This document shows, piece by piece, positions 8,825 to 17,264 of a stretch of 64,000 bases of DNA. Source of the stretch: an uncultured Gemmatimonadales bacterium (GTDB lineage Bacteria > Gemmatimonadota > Gemmatimonadetes > Longimicrobiales > RSA9). The first letter of the stretch is position 1. Each line of letters begins with the position of its first letter. The stretch lies in the NCBI GenBank assembly GCA_963783305.1, contig CAWAMW010000013.1, forward strand, positions 97,919 to 161,918, read 5' to 3'. The position numbers were made by a program, and so were the translations under genes. The notes under the pieces were generated by a model. The model searched no databases. It was given only the letters and a program-made list of their open reading frames with translations, and had not been told where the DNA came from.

Positions 8825-10318
8825 ATGAACAGTCCCGATCCTCTGGAGGAGCTGGCCCTCCTCGTCCGCTCCCGCCACGGCCTGGCTGTCCTCGAGGTCG
8901 ATGACGAGGATCGTGCCGAGTCGTTGATCCGACACCTGGCCGACCGGCTCGGCGTCCCCTGGTTCCGGTGGACCCGCACGGGCGGCCTGGTCCGCGACGG
9001 CGCCGATGGACCGGTCTACGACACGCAGCAGCCCGCCCGCGCTCTCGCCCACATCCATCACGCCGCCTTCCCAGCGGTGTACCATCTCCGGGGCCTCGCG
9101 CCGTTCCTGTCGGACGCCACGACGGCCGCAGCGCTGGCGGACGCGGTCCGCTCGTACGAGAGCAACGACGGAATCCTGATCCTCACCGGTGTCGGCGGCA
9201 CGGAGCTGCCGGAGGAAGTCCGGAGGCGGGCGGCGACGGTGCGGCTGGCGCCTCCCGTGGACGCCGACTACCACCAGCTCCTCGGGCGAATCCTGCGGGA
9301 TGTGCGCCGGCGCCAGGACGTGGAGGTGACGATCGAGCCGGAGTCGCTGAAGCGGCTGTACGCCAACCTGCGTGGGCTCACGCTGCTGGAGGCGGAGAAG
9401 GTGCTGACGCGGGCCATTGTGGAGGATGGGGCGCTCCGGGCGGAGGACATCCAGCTGGTGCTGGATCACAAGCGGCAGGTGGTCGAGCGGGAGGGCCTGC
9501 TGGAGTACTATCCCACCGAAGAAGTGATGGCGAACGTGGCCGGGCTGGACACCCTCAAGGGCTGGCTCGCCCAGCGTCGCTCCATCATCACCGACCCCGA
9601 CCGCGCTCGCGACTTCGGTCTCGTCTTTCCGAAGGGGCTGCTGCTCGTGGGGGTGCCCGGTTCGGGGAAGTCGCTGTGCGCCAAGGCCGTCGCGGCGGAG
9701 TGGACGCTCCCGCTCCTCAAGCTCGACCCCGCGGGCCTGTACAACAAGTACATCGGTGAGACGGAAAAGAACTTCCGCCGGGCCATGGCCACGGCGGAGG
9801 AGATGGCGCCCGTCGTGCTCTGGATCGATGAGATCGAGAAGGCGTTCGCCGAGGGGGGCGCGGAGGACGGGGGCGTCTCGACGCGCGTGCTGGGCACCTT
9901 CCTGTCGTGGCTCCAGGACCGCACCGGCGATGTGTTCGTGGTCGCCACCGCGAACGACGTGGAGAAGCTTCCGCCCGAGCTGCTCCGGAAGGGCCGCTTC
10001 GACGAGATCTTCTTCGTCGACCTCCCGGACCGCGATGCCCGGAGCGAGATCTTCCGGATCCACCTGGCGCGCCGGAAACAGCCCACCCACCGGTTCGACC
10101 TGGAACGCCTGGCCCGGGCCGCGGATGGCTTCAGCGGCGCAGAGATCGAGCAGGTGGTCATGAGCGCCCTGTACGCCGCGTTCGCCGATGGAGGCACGGT
10201 CGATGACGGCCGGCTCCTCGTCGAGATCGAGGGCACTTCGCCGCTGTCCACAGTCGCGGCGGAGCGCGTCGCCCGGCTCAGGGCGTGGGCGGACGGTCGG
10301 ACCGTCCGGGCGAATTGA
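8825..10318 (+). CDS. AAA+ ATPase, Ycf46/SpoVK-like
   Basis: PKGLLLVGVPGSGKS Walker A, LWIDEIEK Walker B, ATAN sensor 1, LRKGRFD arginine finger, C-terminal LRAWA; degenerate N-terminal AAA domain. Confidence 0.9.
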   Translation: MNSPDPLEELALLVRSRHGLAVLEVDDEDRAESLIRHLADRLGVPWFRWTRTGGLVRDGADGPVYDTQQPARALAHIHHAAFPAVYHLRGLAPFLSDATTAAALADAVRSYESNDGILILTGVGGTELPEEVRRRAATVRLAPPVDADYHQLLGRILRDVRRRQDVEVTIEPESLKRLYANLRGLTLLEAEKVLTRAIVEDGALRAEDIQLVLDHKRQVVEREGLLEYYPTEEVMANVAGLDTLKGWLAQRRSIITDPDRARDFGLVFPKGLLLVGVPGSGKSLCAKAVAAEWTLPLLKLDPAGLYNKYIGETEKNFRRAMATAEEMAPVVLWIDEIEKAFAEGGAEDGGVSTRVLGTFLSWLQDRTGDVFVVATANDVEKLPPELLRKGRFDEIFFVDLPDRDARSEIFRIHLARRKQPTHRFDLERLARAADGFSGAEIEQVVMSALYAAFADGGTVDDGRLLVEIEGTSPLSTVAAERVARLRAWADGRTVRAN

Positions 10319-10361
10319 TCGGGAGGCCCGGCTGGAGCCCGAGAGGGCACCATTCTGGGCG

Positions 10362-10401
10362 GTAGGGAATCTTCCCACCAGCATTTCAGCGTCCTCCCTA
10401 C
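10362..10401. promoter_or_regulatory. Candidate palindromic transcription-factor site GTAGGGAATCTTCCCAC plus a second half-site 23 bp downstream, upstream of the USP gene
   Basis: Imperfect inverted repeat; 15/17 identical to the reverse complement of 61333-61349. Confidence 0.5.
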
Positions 10402-10524
10402 TGCATCCGGACCCCCGAAACGCCATTGTTGTCCTCGGAATGGGGTCCGCGGCGCGCGGGTAGGGGCTTCGCCGGAGAGTCGCCGTCGGGCCCTGTTCCT
10501 TTTTTTAATCAGGAGGGTCGGGAG

Positions 10525-11523
10525 GTGACCATTCCCAGATCGGTCCTCGTACCTGTCGACGGCTCCAACTTCGCCGAGCACGCCCTTCCGTACGCCCTCG
10601 GTATCGCCCGCCGCACCGGCTCCACGCTGCACCTCGCCCTCGTCCATGTTCCCGCAGAATCGGTCTCTCCGACGTACCCTCTGAGCAAGGCGCTCCAGGC
10701 GCACTACAGCGAGCAGCGGGACCAGGAGGCGGAATATCTCCAGCGTCTGGTCGGTCGGCTCGAGCGCTCCGGCGTACCGCTGCATCCCGTGCTGCTCAGA
10801 GGAAGGGTGTTTAACGCTCTGAGCGACTATGTGGAGAGCGCGGACATCGATCTCATCGTCATGACGACCCACGGGCGGGGCGGCTTCCAGCGCACGTGGC
10901 TGGGCAGTACCGCCGACAGTCTGATCCGCCACGTCATGGTTCCGCTCCTGCTGCTCCGACCCTCCGAGGCCACCCGCGACATCGGCCCCGACAGCGACCG
11001 CACCGTGCGGCACGCGGTGGTCGCCCTCGATGGGAGCGGGACCGCCGAGACGGCGCTGCACGACGCGCTGGAGCTGGGTATCACCCGCGACGCGAGCATG
11101 ACGCTGCTCCACGTGCTCCAGCCGACCGGGGCGATGACGGCGCCTTACCTGCCGCAGGGCATTCACATCGGCCCGGACGAGCTCGAGGAGCGGAAGTCGC
11201 ACATGCTGGAGTACCTCAACCGTATGGCGGAGTCAGCGGCGCTGCACCAGCGCGGATGCGAGACACGGGTCGCGCTGGACTACCATCCCGCGCCCGCGGT
11301 CCTGGAGCTCGCGGAAGAGAAGGACGCGGATCTCATTGTTCTGGGAACCCACGGGCGGAGCGGCCTCCGCAGACTCATCCTGGGCAGCGTGGCCGACAAG
11401 GTGATCCGGGGCACCCACCGGCCAGTGCTGGTGCATCGGGGAGTGGGTCGCATTGCGCACCTGGTGCACCTGGTAGACCGACCGCACAACTCCGAGCAGG
11501 CCGGCTCCAGCCCGCGCCCGTAG
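10525..11523 (+). CDS. Universal stress protein with tandem USP domains
   Basis: VLVPVDGS..DLIVMTTHGRGG..LGSTA and VVALDGS..DLIVLGTHGRSG..LGSVADKV. GTG start at 10525 after GGAGG. Confidence 0.92.
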   Translation: MTIPRSVLVPVDGSNFAEHALPYALGIARRTGSTLHLALVHVPAESVSPTYPLSKALQAHYSEQRDQEAEYLQRLVGRLERSGVPLHPVLLRGRVFNALSDYVESADIDLIVMTTHGRGGFQRTWLGSTADSLIRHVMVPLLLLRPSEATRDIGPDSDRTVRHAVVALDGSGTAETALHDALELGITRDASMTLLHVLQPTGAMTAPYLPQGIHIGPDELEERKSHMLEYLNRMAESAALHQRGCETRVALDYHPAPAVLELAEEKDADLIVLGTHGRSGLRRLILGSVADKVIRGTHRPVLVHRGVGRIAHLVHLVDRPHNSEQAGSSPRP

Positions 11524-11596
11524 CTCGCTCGCGCCGGGCGGCTTCGCACGCCGAGCGACCCGCAGAACCCGGTCGGTCCTGGCGGGTAGTGAGCGT

Positions 11597-12292
11597 ATGA
11601 CTTCCACGACGCATGCCGCCGCCGTCACCGCCGTCCTGTTCGACCTGGACGGGACTCTGATCAACACCAAGTCCCTCTATCTCGAGGCCTACCGTCGCGC
11701 GGTTGCGCCGTACGTCCGCGACGACATGAGTCACGAGGACATCAAGGCGCTCCGCCCCACCTCGGAGCTCGCCTTTCTCCGCGCGCTGGTCCACGACCAC
11801 GACTTCGACGCGTGCCTCGCCGATTTCTACCGCGCCTACGAGGCCCTCCACGCCGAGAGCTTCCACGGCGTGTACGACGGCGTGCCGGAGCTGCTCGGCG
11901 CTCTTCGCGACGCCGGCATCCCCCTGGGCCTGGTGACCGGCAAGAGCCGCCGGTCGTGGGAGATCACTCGTGCCGTCGTCGAGTCGATCGAGCCGTTCGA
12001 CGCCCTCGTCTTCGACGACGACGTGCGCGCGCCGAAGCCCGACCCGCACGGGCTCGAGCTGGCCGTCGAGGCGCTCGGCGTGGCGCCCTCGGACACCGCG
12101 TACGTCGGCGACACCCTCAGCGACATGGAGGCCGCGCACGCCGCCGGGCTCCGGCCGGTGGCCGCCCTCTGGGCCTTCGACGACGAGGAGCGGCGCGCGC
12201 TGCATCTGGAGCGGATCCGCTCGGTCCAGGCGATCGCCATCGAGCACCCCTCCGAGCTGCTGCGGCAGGTGGGGCTCGCGCCGGCGCGATAG
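11597..12292 (+). CDS. HAD-family hydrolase (phosphoglycolase/PpaX-like)
   Basis: FDLDGTL motif I, VTGK, KPDP, VGDTLSD. Confidence 0.9.
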   Translation: MTSTTHAAAVTAVLFDLDGTLINTKSLYLEAYRRAVAPYVRDDMSHEDIKALRPTSELAFLRALVHDHDFDACLADFYRAYEALHAESFHGVYDGVPELLGALRDAGIPLGLVTGKSRRSWEITRAVVESIEPFDALVFDDDVRAPKPDPHGLELAVEALGVAPSDTAYVGDTLSDMEAAHAAGLRPVAALWAFDDEERRALHLERIRSVQAIAIEHPSELLRQVGLAPAR

Positions 12293-12420
12293 GCCGGCGA
12301 TGGAGCGGGCGCGGCCCCACACGCGGAGTTCAGGGATCCCCGACACCGCTCCGCCGGCGGTGGCAGTACAATGAAAACAGGGCAGGCAGGGACCAGGAAC
12401 AACCTCGAAGGGAGCGGCAA

Positions 12421-12675
12421 ATGGGATTCGGCGGACTGGGTGGCATGGAGCTCGGGCTGATCATGCTCGTTCTGATGCTGGTCTTTGGTGCCAAGAGACT
12501 GCCGGAGCTGGGCAGGGGCCTGGGTCGAGGCATCCGGGAATTCAAGGACTCCGTGAGCGGGATCACCGCCGAGTTGGACGAACTCGACCGCGTCTCGCCC
12601 GTGGCCTCGGAGTCGCCAAGGCTCCAGACCGGCGCCCATGAGCCGGGAGCAGAGCGCGGCGCTCCTCAGGACTAG
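12421..12675 (+). CDS. tatA: Twin-arginine translocase TatA/TatE subunit
   Basis: MGFGGLGGMELGLIMLVLMLVFGAKRLPELGRGLGRGIREFK; 3' part of the track ORF 11812..12675. Confidence 0.92.
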   Translation: MGFGGLGGMELGLIMLVLMLVFGAKRLPELGRGLGRGIREFKDSVSGITAELDELDRVSPVASESPRLQTGAHEPGAERGAPQD

Positions 12676-12697
12676 CAGGTCACTGAAAACGTGCGGG

Positions 12698-12810
12698 CAG
12701 GGAGCGAACGGTCGCGTGCGCTCCCTGTCGACCGCCTCGCTGCGCTCGCTGGTCGAGCGCTTCGGCCTGCGGCCTCGCGGTGGCCTCGCGCGAAGCGCGG
12801 GCGATCGACC
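12698..12810. repeat. REP-like palindromic intergenic element between convergent genes
   Basis: Hairpin CAGGGAGCG..CGCTCCCTG, then CTCGCTGCGCTCGC (identical to the core of the 41089-41228 repeats) and GGCCTGCGGCC. Confidence 0.5.
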
Positions 12811-12876
12811 CCCGCTCCAGCGGGTCCCGAAGGGATCGACCCTCGACCCGAGCTATGATCTCTGCCCGGTCACGCG

Positions 12877-14007
12877 CTATGCGCCCTGCTCCGCCGCCAC
12901 CATCGCCTCCCGCACCTCCGAGATCGCGTCCTCCGGGATCAGGTCGAAATCGGCCGCGGCCCGGGCCAGCGACACACTGCTCTCGGCCGCCGCGGCCGCG
13001 ACCCCGTGTTCGGCGATCTCCTGGATGATCCGCCGCACCTCGCTGTCCCTTTCGGGCGGGGTAACCGCGCGGATCAGGACGGCCCGGACCCGCTCCTTGC
13101 CGTGCTCCTTCACCAGGTCCAGGTAGGTCTCCGGGTCCGTCTGGCCGCTGTCCCCCATCAGGACGAACGGGAGCTCGGGGTAGTCGTCGAAGAGCCCGGC
13201 GATCACGTCTCGCTTGTGGTGCTCCGATCCGATCTCCAGCGATTTGCGTTCGATGATGGCGATGTCCTGGAGGTAGAGCGGACCCCTGGGCAGGTCGTGG
13301 GCGTCCAGGAACGCACGGATCAGCTCATACAGGCCCCACCCGCTCTGTGACACGTAGAAGAAGGGGTTGCTGCCCTTCCGGTCGGGTCCGCCCTCCAGCA
13401 TCCGGTAGAACGGCGCGGCGCCGGGCATGGGGGAACGGTCACGAGCGGTCTTCGAGAAGATCAGCCGAAGCTTCGTCGACAGGTCACTGGCCCGGGTCTC
13501 CAGGACGGTGTCGTCGATGTCGCTGATGATGGCGTACTCGGCGTCTTGCGGCGGGATCAGCACCTCGGCTCTGGACGTCAGCCCGGCTCCCCCCGCCAGC
13601 GAATCCAGGAGCTCCACTTCCACCTCGATCCAGCCGGGCCCGAACGACTCCTCGGTCTCGAGGACGAGTCGGAAGAAGCCCTCGTTGTCCGTGCGACCTT
13701 CCGCCATGGCGGTCTCCCCATAGCGCGCGATGAGCGGCGCGTCGGGGATCTCATCACTCTCGAATCGCTGGATGGTGTCATAGACGTTCTCGATCACGCC
13801 GGCGTCCTCGGAGGGGTCGCCCGCCCCCTTCTCCTCGATGAGCCGGCCGATCACATGGATCTTGCCGTTCCCGCCATGGCTGAGGTAGACCTGAAGGACC
13901 AGCGGGTCGAACGTGTCCAGACGGCGCTTCAGCTCTCGTTTCGCGTCGTCCCAGTGCTTCTGTCCGCGTTCGGCGATGCGCCAGAACGTCCCACTCCTCT
14001 CCGACAT
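12877..14007 (-). CDS. App1-family phosphatidate phosphatase-like protein (DUF2183)
   Basis: IISDIDDT (DxDxT), FFYVS, LPRGPLYL, FVLMGDSGQTDPETY. Start at ATG 14007 after GAGGAAG. Confidence 0.85.
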   Translation of the reverse strand: MSERSGTFWRIAERGQKHWDDAKRELKRRLDTFDPLVLQVYLSHGGNGKIHVIGRLIEEKGAGDPSEDAGVIENVYDTIQRFESDEIPDAPLIARYGETAMAEGRTDNEGFFRLVLETEESFGPGWIEVEVELLDSLAGGAGLTSRAEVLIPPQDAEYAIISDIDDTVLETRASDLSTKLRLIFSKTARDRSPMPGAAPFYRMLEGGPDRKGSNPFFYVSQSGWGLYELIRAFLDAHDLPRGPLYLQDIAIIERKSLEIGSEHHKRDVIAGLFDDYPELPFVLMGDSGQTDPETYLDLVKEHGKERVRAVLIRAVTPPERDSEVRRIIQEIAEHGVAAAAAESSVSLARAAADFDLIPEDAISEVREAMVAAEQGA

Positions 14008-14126
14008 GCTTCCTCGCGCCCGCACGAGTCGTTCCTCCCCCTGACAGCTGCCTCCCTTCGATCCGTGTCCGAATTGGCTGCTCCGGGTCGACCCTGTCAC
14101 ACCCTCGGGTTACCTTAGCGGCCGAC

Positions 14127-17100
14127 ATGGAAAGCACTCCCACCCCCGCGGTCCTCCGGGACCTGAAAGCCGCCACCGCCCGCGATCCGGTGGACCGAAA
14201 GCTTCTCGTCTGCGCGAGCATGGGTGAGGGCCGGGAACTCCTGCGCGCACTGGCGGCGCGCAGGTCGTGGATCGGTTGGGAGGTCACCACTCTGCGCAGG
14301 CTCGCCGCGCAGCGGGTCGTGCCGGAGCTCATGGCCGAGGGGCTCTCCATGGCCGACGCGTACGAGGAGCAGGCGGCGGTGGACACCGCCCTGGACGCGG
14401 CGCTGGAGCGTCCGGATCTCGCGATCCTCCATGAGCTCGGGGAGGCGCCGGGCTTCCGCCAGGCCGTAGTGAACGCGGTCGAGGCGCTTCGGCTGGCCGA
14501 CGTGGCCCCCGACCGGCTGCTCCGCAGCCGCGCATCGAACCCGGCCGTGCGGGATCTGCTCGCCGCCGTTCTCCAGGGCTACCGGGACGCCCTCACCGAA
14601 GCGGGCCGCATCGACACCGCCGACGTGATGCGCCGGGCGGTCCGTACACTGGATGCCGCTGGCGCCCCTCGGATCGACCCGTCCCGCACCTTCCTCGCGC
14701 CCGGGCTGTCCCTCAGCGGCTCGGCCGGCCGCCTCGCCCGTGCCCTGCTGGATATGGGGGCCACGGCGCTCCGGTCCGATCCCGTGGAGGGTGTGGATAC
14801 CCCGCCGGTGGTGTGGAGCCCGTCACCGGACGAGGCCCCGCTCTCGGGGCTGCTCGCCGGCCGGGTCTCCGGCGGCCCTCCTCCCGGCGGGCCGGACGGG
14901 GAGCCGGTCTCGCTCGGGTTGGACCTGTTCGCTGCTTCCGGCCCGGCCGAGGAGATCCGGGAGGTGCTCCGACGCGTGATGGCGGCGGGGCTGCGCTGGG
15001 ACGAAGTGGAGATCGTCGCCACCGATCCCGTGGTCTATGGCGGCGCGCTGCACGCCGTGGCCGAACGCCTGGACATCCCGGTCAGCTATGCCGTGGGCCT
15101 GCCGGTGGATCGGACGCGGACCGGTCGGGCCGCCGCGGCCTGGTTTCGGTGGATCCAGGGCGGGTACCCCGCCGATGTCATCCGGCGGCTCCTGGAGTCC
15201 GGGGACCTGCGGGCGCCGGATGGTCTCGCATCGGAGCGACTCGGGAGACGGTTGAGATCGCTGCGGATCGGCTGGGGCTCGCACCGCTACCTCCCCGCGA
15301 TCGACCGCGCCCTGGAAGCGCTGGAAGGGCCGCCCCGGCCGCGGCGGAAGGAGAGCGAGGAGGAGGCGGCCGACCGGGAGGAGCGGGAGCGGCGGGAGCT
15401 GCGCTCTCTCCGATCGCTCATCGAGCCCGTGCTGGCGGCCACGCCGCGCCTGGACTCGGGCGACCCCCAGCTGCGCTGCTCGCCCGCCGAGCTCGCGGCC
15501 GGTCTGCGCGTGTTTCTCGATCGTGTCGCGCCGTCGGACGCTCCGTCCGCCACCGCCCGTGAGAAGCTCATGGGCATCACCGGCCGGGTGGCGGCGACGC
15601 TGCATCGGTCCACGCACCCACCCGCCGCCATCGCGCTCCTCCAGCGGCACCTGGAGATCAGGGTGCCCGCTCCCCAGCGGGAAGGCTCGGCGCCATGGAT
15701 CTCGGCAGGGGGGCACCTCCACCTTTCCGACCTGAGCCACGGCGGCTACGCGGCTCGCCCGGCCACGTTCGTCGTGGGGCTGGATGCGGAACGCTTCCCC
15801 GGGGCCGGGCTCCAGGACCCGCTCCTCCTGGACTCGCAGCGTCGGGCGCTGGACGCCGAGGCGCTCCCCACGTCGGCCGACCGGCTCCTGGCCGCCCGCT
15901 TCCGCATGGCGGCCTGCCTGGCCCGCCTGCGTGGACCCGTGACCCTCAGCTACAGCGCGTGGGACCCCACTGAGGCGCGGGAAGTGGCGCCCTCCTCCGT
16001 CATGCTGCAGGCATTCCGCGCCGCGGCCGGCCGGCCGGACGCCTCCTTCGAGGACCTCCGGGATGGGATCGGCGCCGCGGCGTCCGCCATCCCCCGCACC
16101 GCCGCCATCGACGCGGCCGATGTCTGGCTCCACGCGCTCGACCACGGCGGTGTTCTGGCCGATGGCACCGACGCGGTTCGCCGGAGCTACCACCGACTCG
16201 ATGCCGGCCTCCGCGCCGCCAACGATCTGGCCGGGGACCGGGCCACACCGCACCACGGCCTCATCGCGCCCCGGCCGGAGCTGGACCCCCGGGACAATCC
16301 GGAGACGATCCTCTCCGCCAGCGGGCTCGAGGACCTGGGCACCTGCGCCCGTCGCTACTTCTACAAGTACGCGCTGGGAATCCGTACGCCCGACGACCCG
16401 GAGCCCGACCCGGATATCTGGCTCGACGCCCTGAACCGCGGCCGGCTGCTGCATGCCGTGTATGACACGTCGCTGAAGCGGGCTCGGGCCGCCGGTGTCC
16501 ATGCCGGGGACGAGGACTTCATCGAGTTGGCGCTGCGGGCGCTGGACACGGAGGCGGCGGTGATCGCCCGTGAGGTTCCGCCCCCGGGCGAGGCGGTCCG
16601 GGCCCGGGAGATGGCGGCCTTGCGCGCGGACGTCCGCTCTTTTGCCGAGATGGTTGCGGGGGGCGACGATGCCTGGGAGGCGCTGGAGCTCCAGTTCGGG
16701 TTCCGCGGCGAGCCCGCGGCGGCGCTGGAGCTCAAGGGTGGAACCGTGCGGCTCAGGGGCGCCATCGACCGTGTGGACCGGACGGGCGATCAGCTCACGG
16801 TCATCGACTACAAGACGGGCGGCTCCGGGCGGTACGAGCGGAGGCACGGCACCTTCAACGGCGGCCGCCGCCTGCAGAACGCGGTGTATGCGGCGGTGGC
16901 GGAGTCGCTCCTGGGCGGCGCGGTGCGGAGGATGGAGTACCACTTCCCCACCCGGAAGGGCCAGAACGAAGTCATCGGATACGACCGGAGCGAGCTGCGG
17001 CGCGGCCTCGGTCTGATCGACCGGCTGCTCGAGGCCGTGGCCGCGGGTCGCTTCCTCCCCACCGAGGAGGGCAGCGACTGCCGTTTCTGCGATTACGCCC

Positions 17101-17264
17101 CCATCTGCCGGCACACTTCCGACGGCTGGCGCTCGGAGACGCCGCTCGCCGACTGGGCGGCCGAGCATTTCGAGACGCTCCCCGAGTACCGCGAGCGTCG
17201 GGAGGCCCGCGTCTGGGAGCAGACGTTCCTCGACGAGCTGGAGGACCGTGGCGAAGCGAGCTGA
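14127..17264 (+). CDS. addB: AddB-like subunit: degenerate helicase plus PD-(D/E)XK nuclease with Fe-S staple
   Basis: SASGLEDLGTCARRYF, RGAIDRVD..VIDYKTG, LQNAVY, CRFCDYAPIC (1+3 Cys); overlaps the downstream UvrD-type gene. Confidence 0.8.
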   Translation: MESTPTPAVLRDLKAATARDPVDRKLLVCASMGEGRELLRALAARRSWIGWEVTTLRRLAAQRVVPELMAEGLSMADAYEEQAAVDTALDAALERPDLAILHELGEAPGFRQAVVNAVEALRLADVAPDRLLRSRASNPAVRDLLAAVLQGYRDALTEAGRIDTADVMRRAVRTLDAAGAPRIDPSRTFLAPGLSLSGSAGRLARALLDMGATALRSDPVEGVDTPPVVWSPSPDEAPLSGLLAGRVSGGPPPGGPDGEPVSLGLDLFAASGPAEEIREVLRRVMAAGLRWDEVEIVATDPVVYGGALHAVAERLDIPVSYAVGLPVDRTRTGRAAAAWFRWIQGGYPADVIRRLLESGDLRAPDGLASERLGRRLRSLRIGWGSHRYLPAIDRALEALEGPPRPRRKESEEEAADREERERRELRSLRSLIEPVLAATPRLDSGDPQLRCSPAELAAGLRVFLDRVAPSDAPSATAREKLMGITGRVAATLHRSTHPPAAIALLQRHLEIRVPAPQREGSAPWISAGGHLHLSDLSHGGYAARPATFVVGLDAERFPGAGLQDPLLLDSQRRALDAEALPTSADRLLAARFRMAACLARLRGPVTLSYSAWDPTEAREVAPSSVMLQAFRAAAGRPDASFEDLRDGIGAAASAIPRTAAIDAADVWLHALDHGGVLADGTDAVRRSYHRLDAGLRAANDLAGDRATPHHGLIAPRPELDPRDNPETILSASGLEDLGTCARRYFYKYALGIRTPDDPEPDPDIWLDALNRGRLLHAVYDTSLKRARAAGVHAGDEDFIELALRALDTEAAVIAREVPPPGEAVRAREMAALRADVRSFAEMVAGGDDAWEALELQFGFRGEPAAALELKGGTVRLRGAIDRVDRTGDQLTVIDYKTGGSGRYERRHGTFNGGRRLQNAVYAAVAESLLGGAVRRMEYHFPTRKGQNEVIGYDRSELRRGLGLIDRLLEAVAAGRFLPTEEGSDCRFCDYAPICRHTSDGWRSETPLADWAAEHFETLPEYRERREARVWEQTFLDELEDRGEAS

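Noticed and set aside
10318..10525. Possible riboswitch or ncRNA upstream of the USP gene (two long stems, T-run)
   Set aside because: No recognisable riboswitch consensus; the first stem is explained by the paired operator-like sites. An Rfam/Infernal search would settle it.
16300..17264. Cas4-like nuclease suggesting a CRISPR or defence system
   Set aside because: It is the C-terminal nuclease/Fe-S domain of an AddB-like protein paired with AddA.
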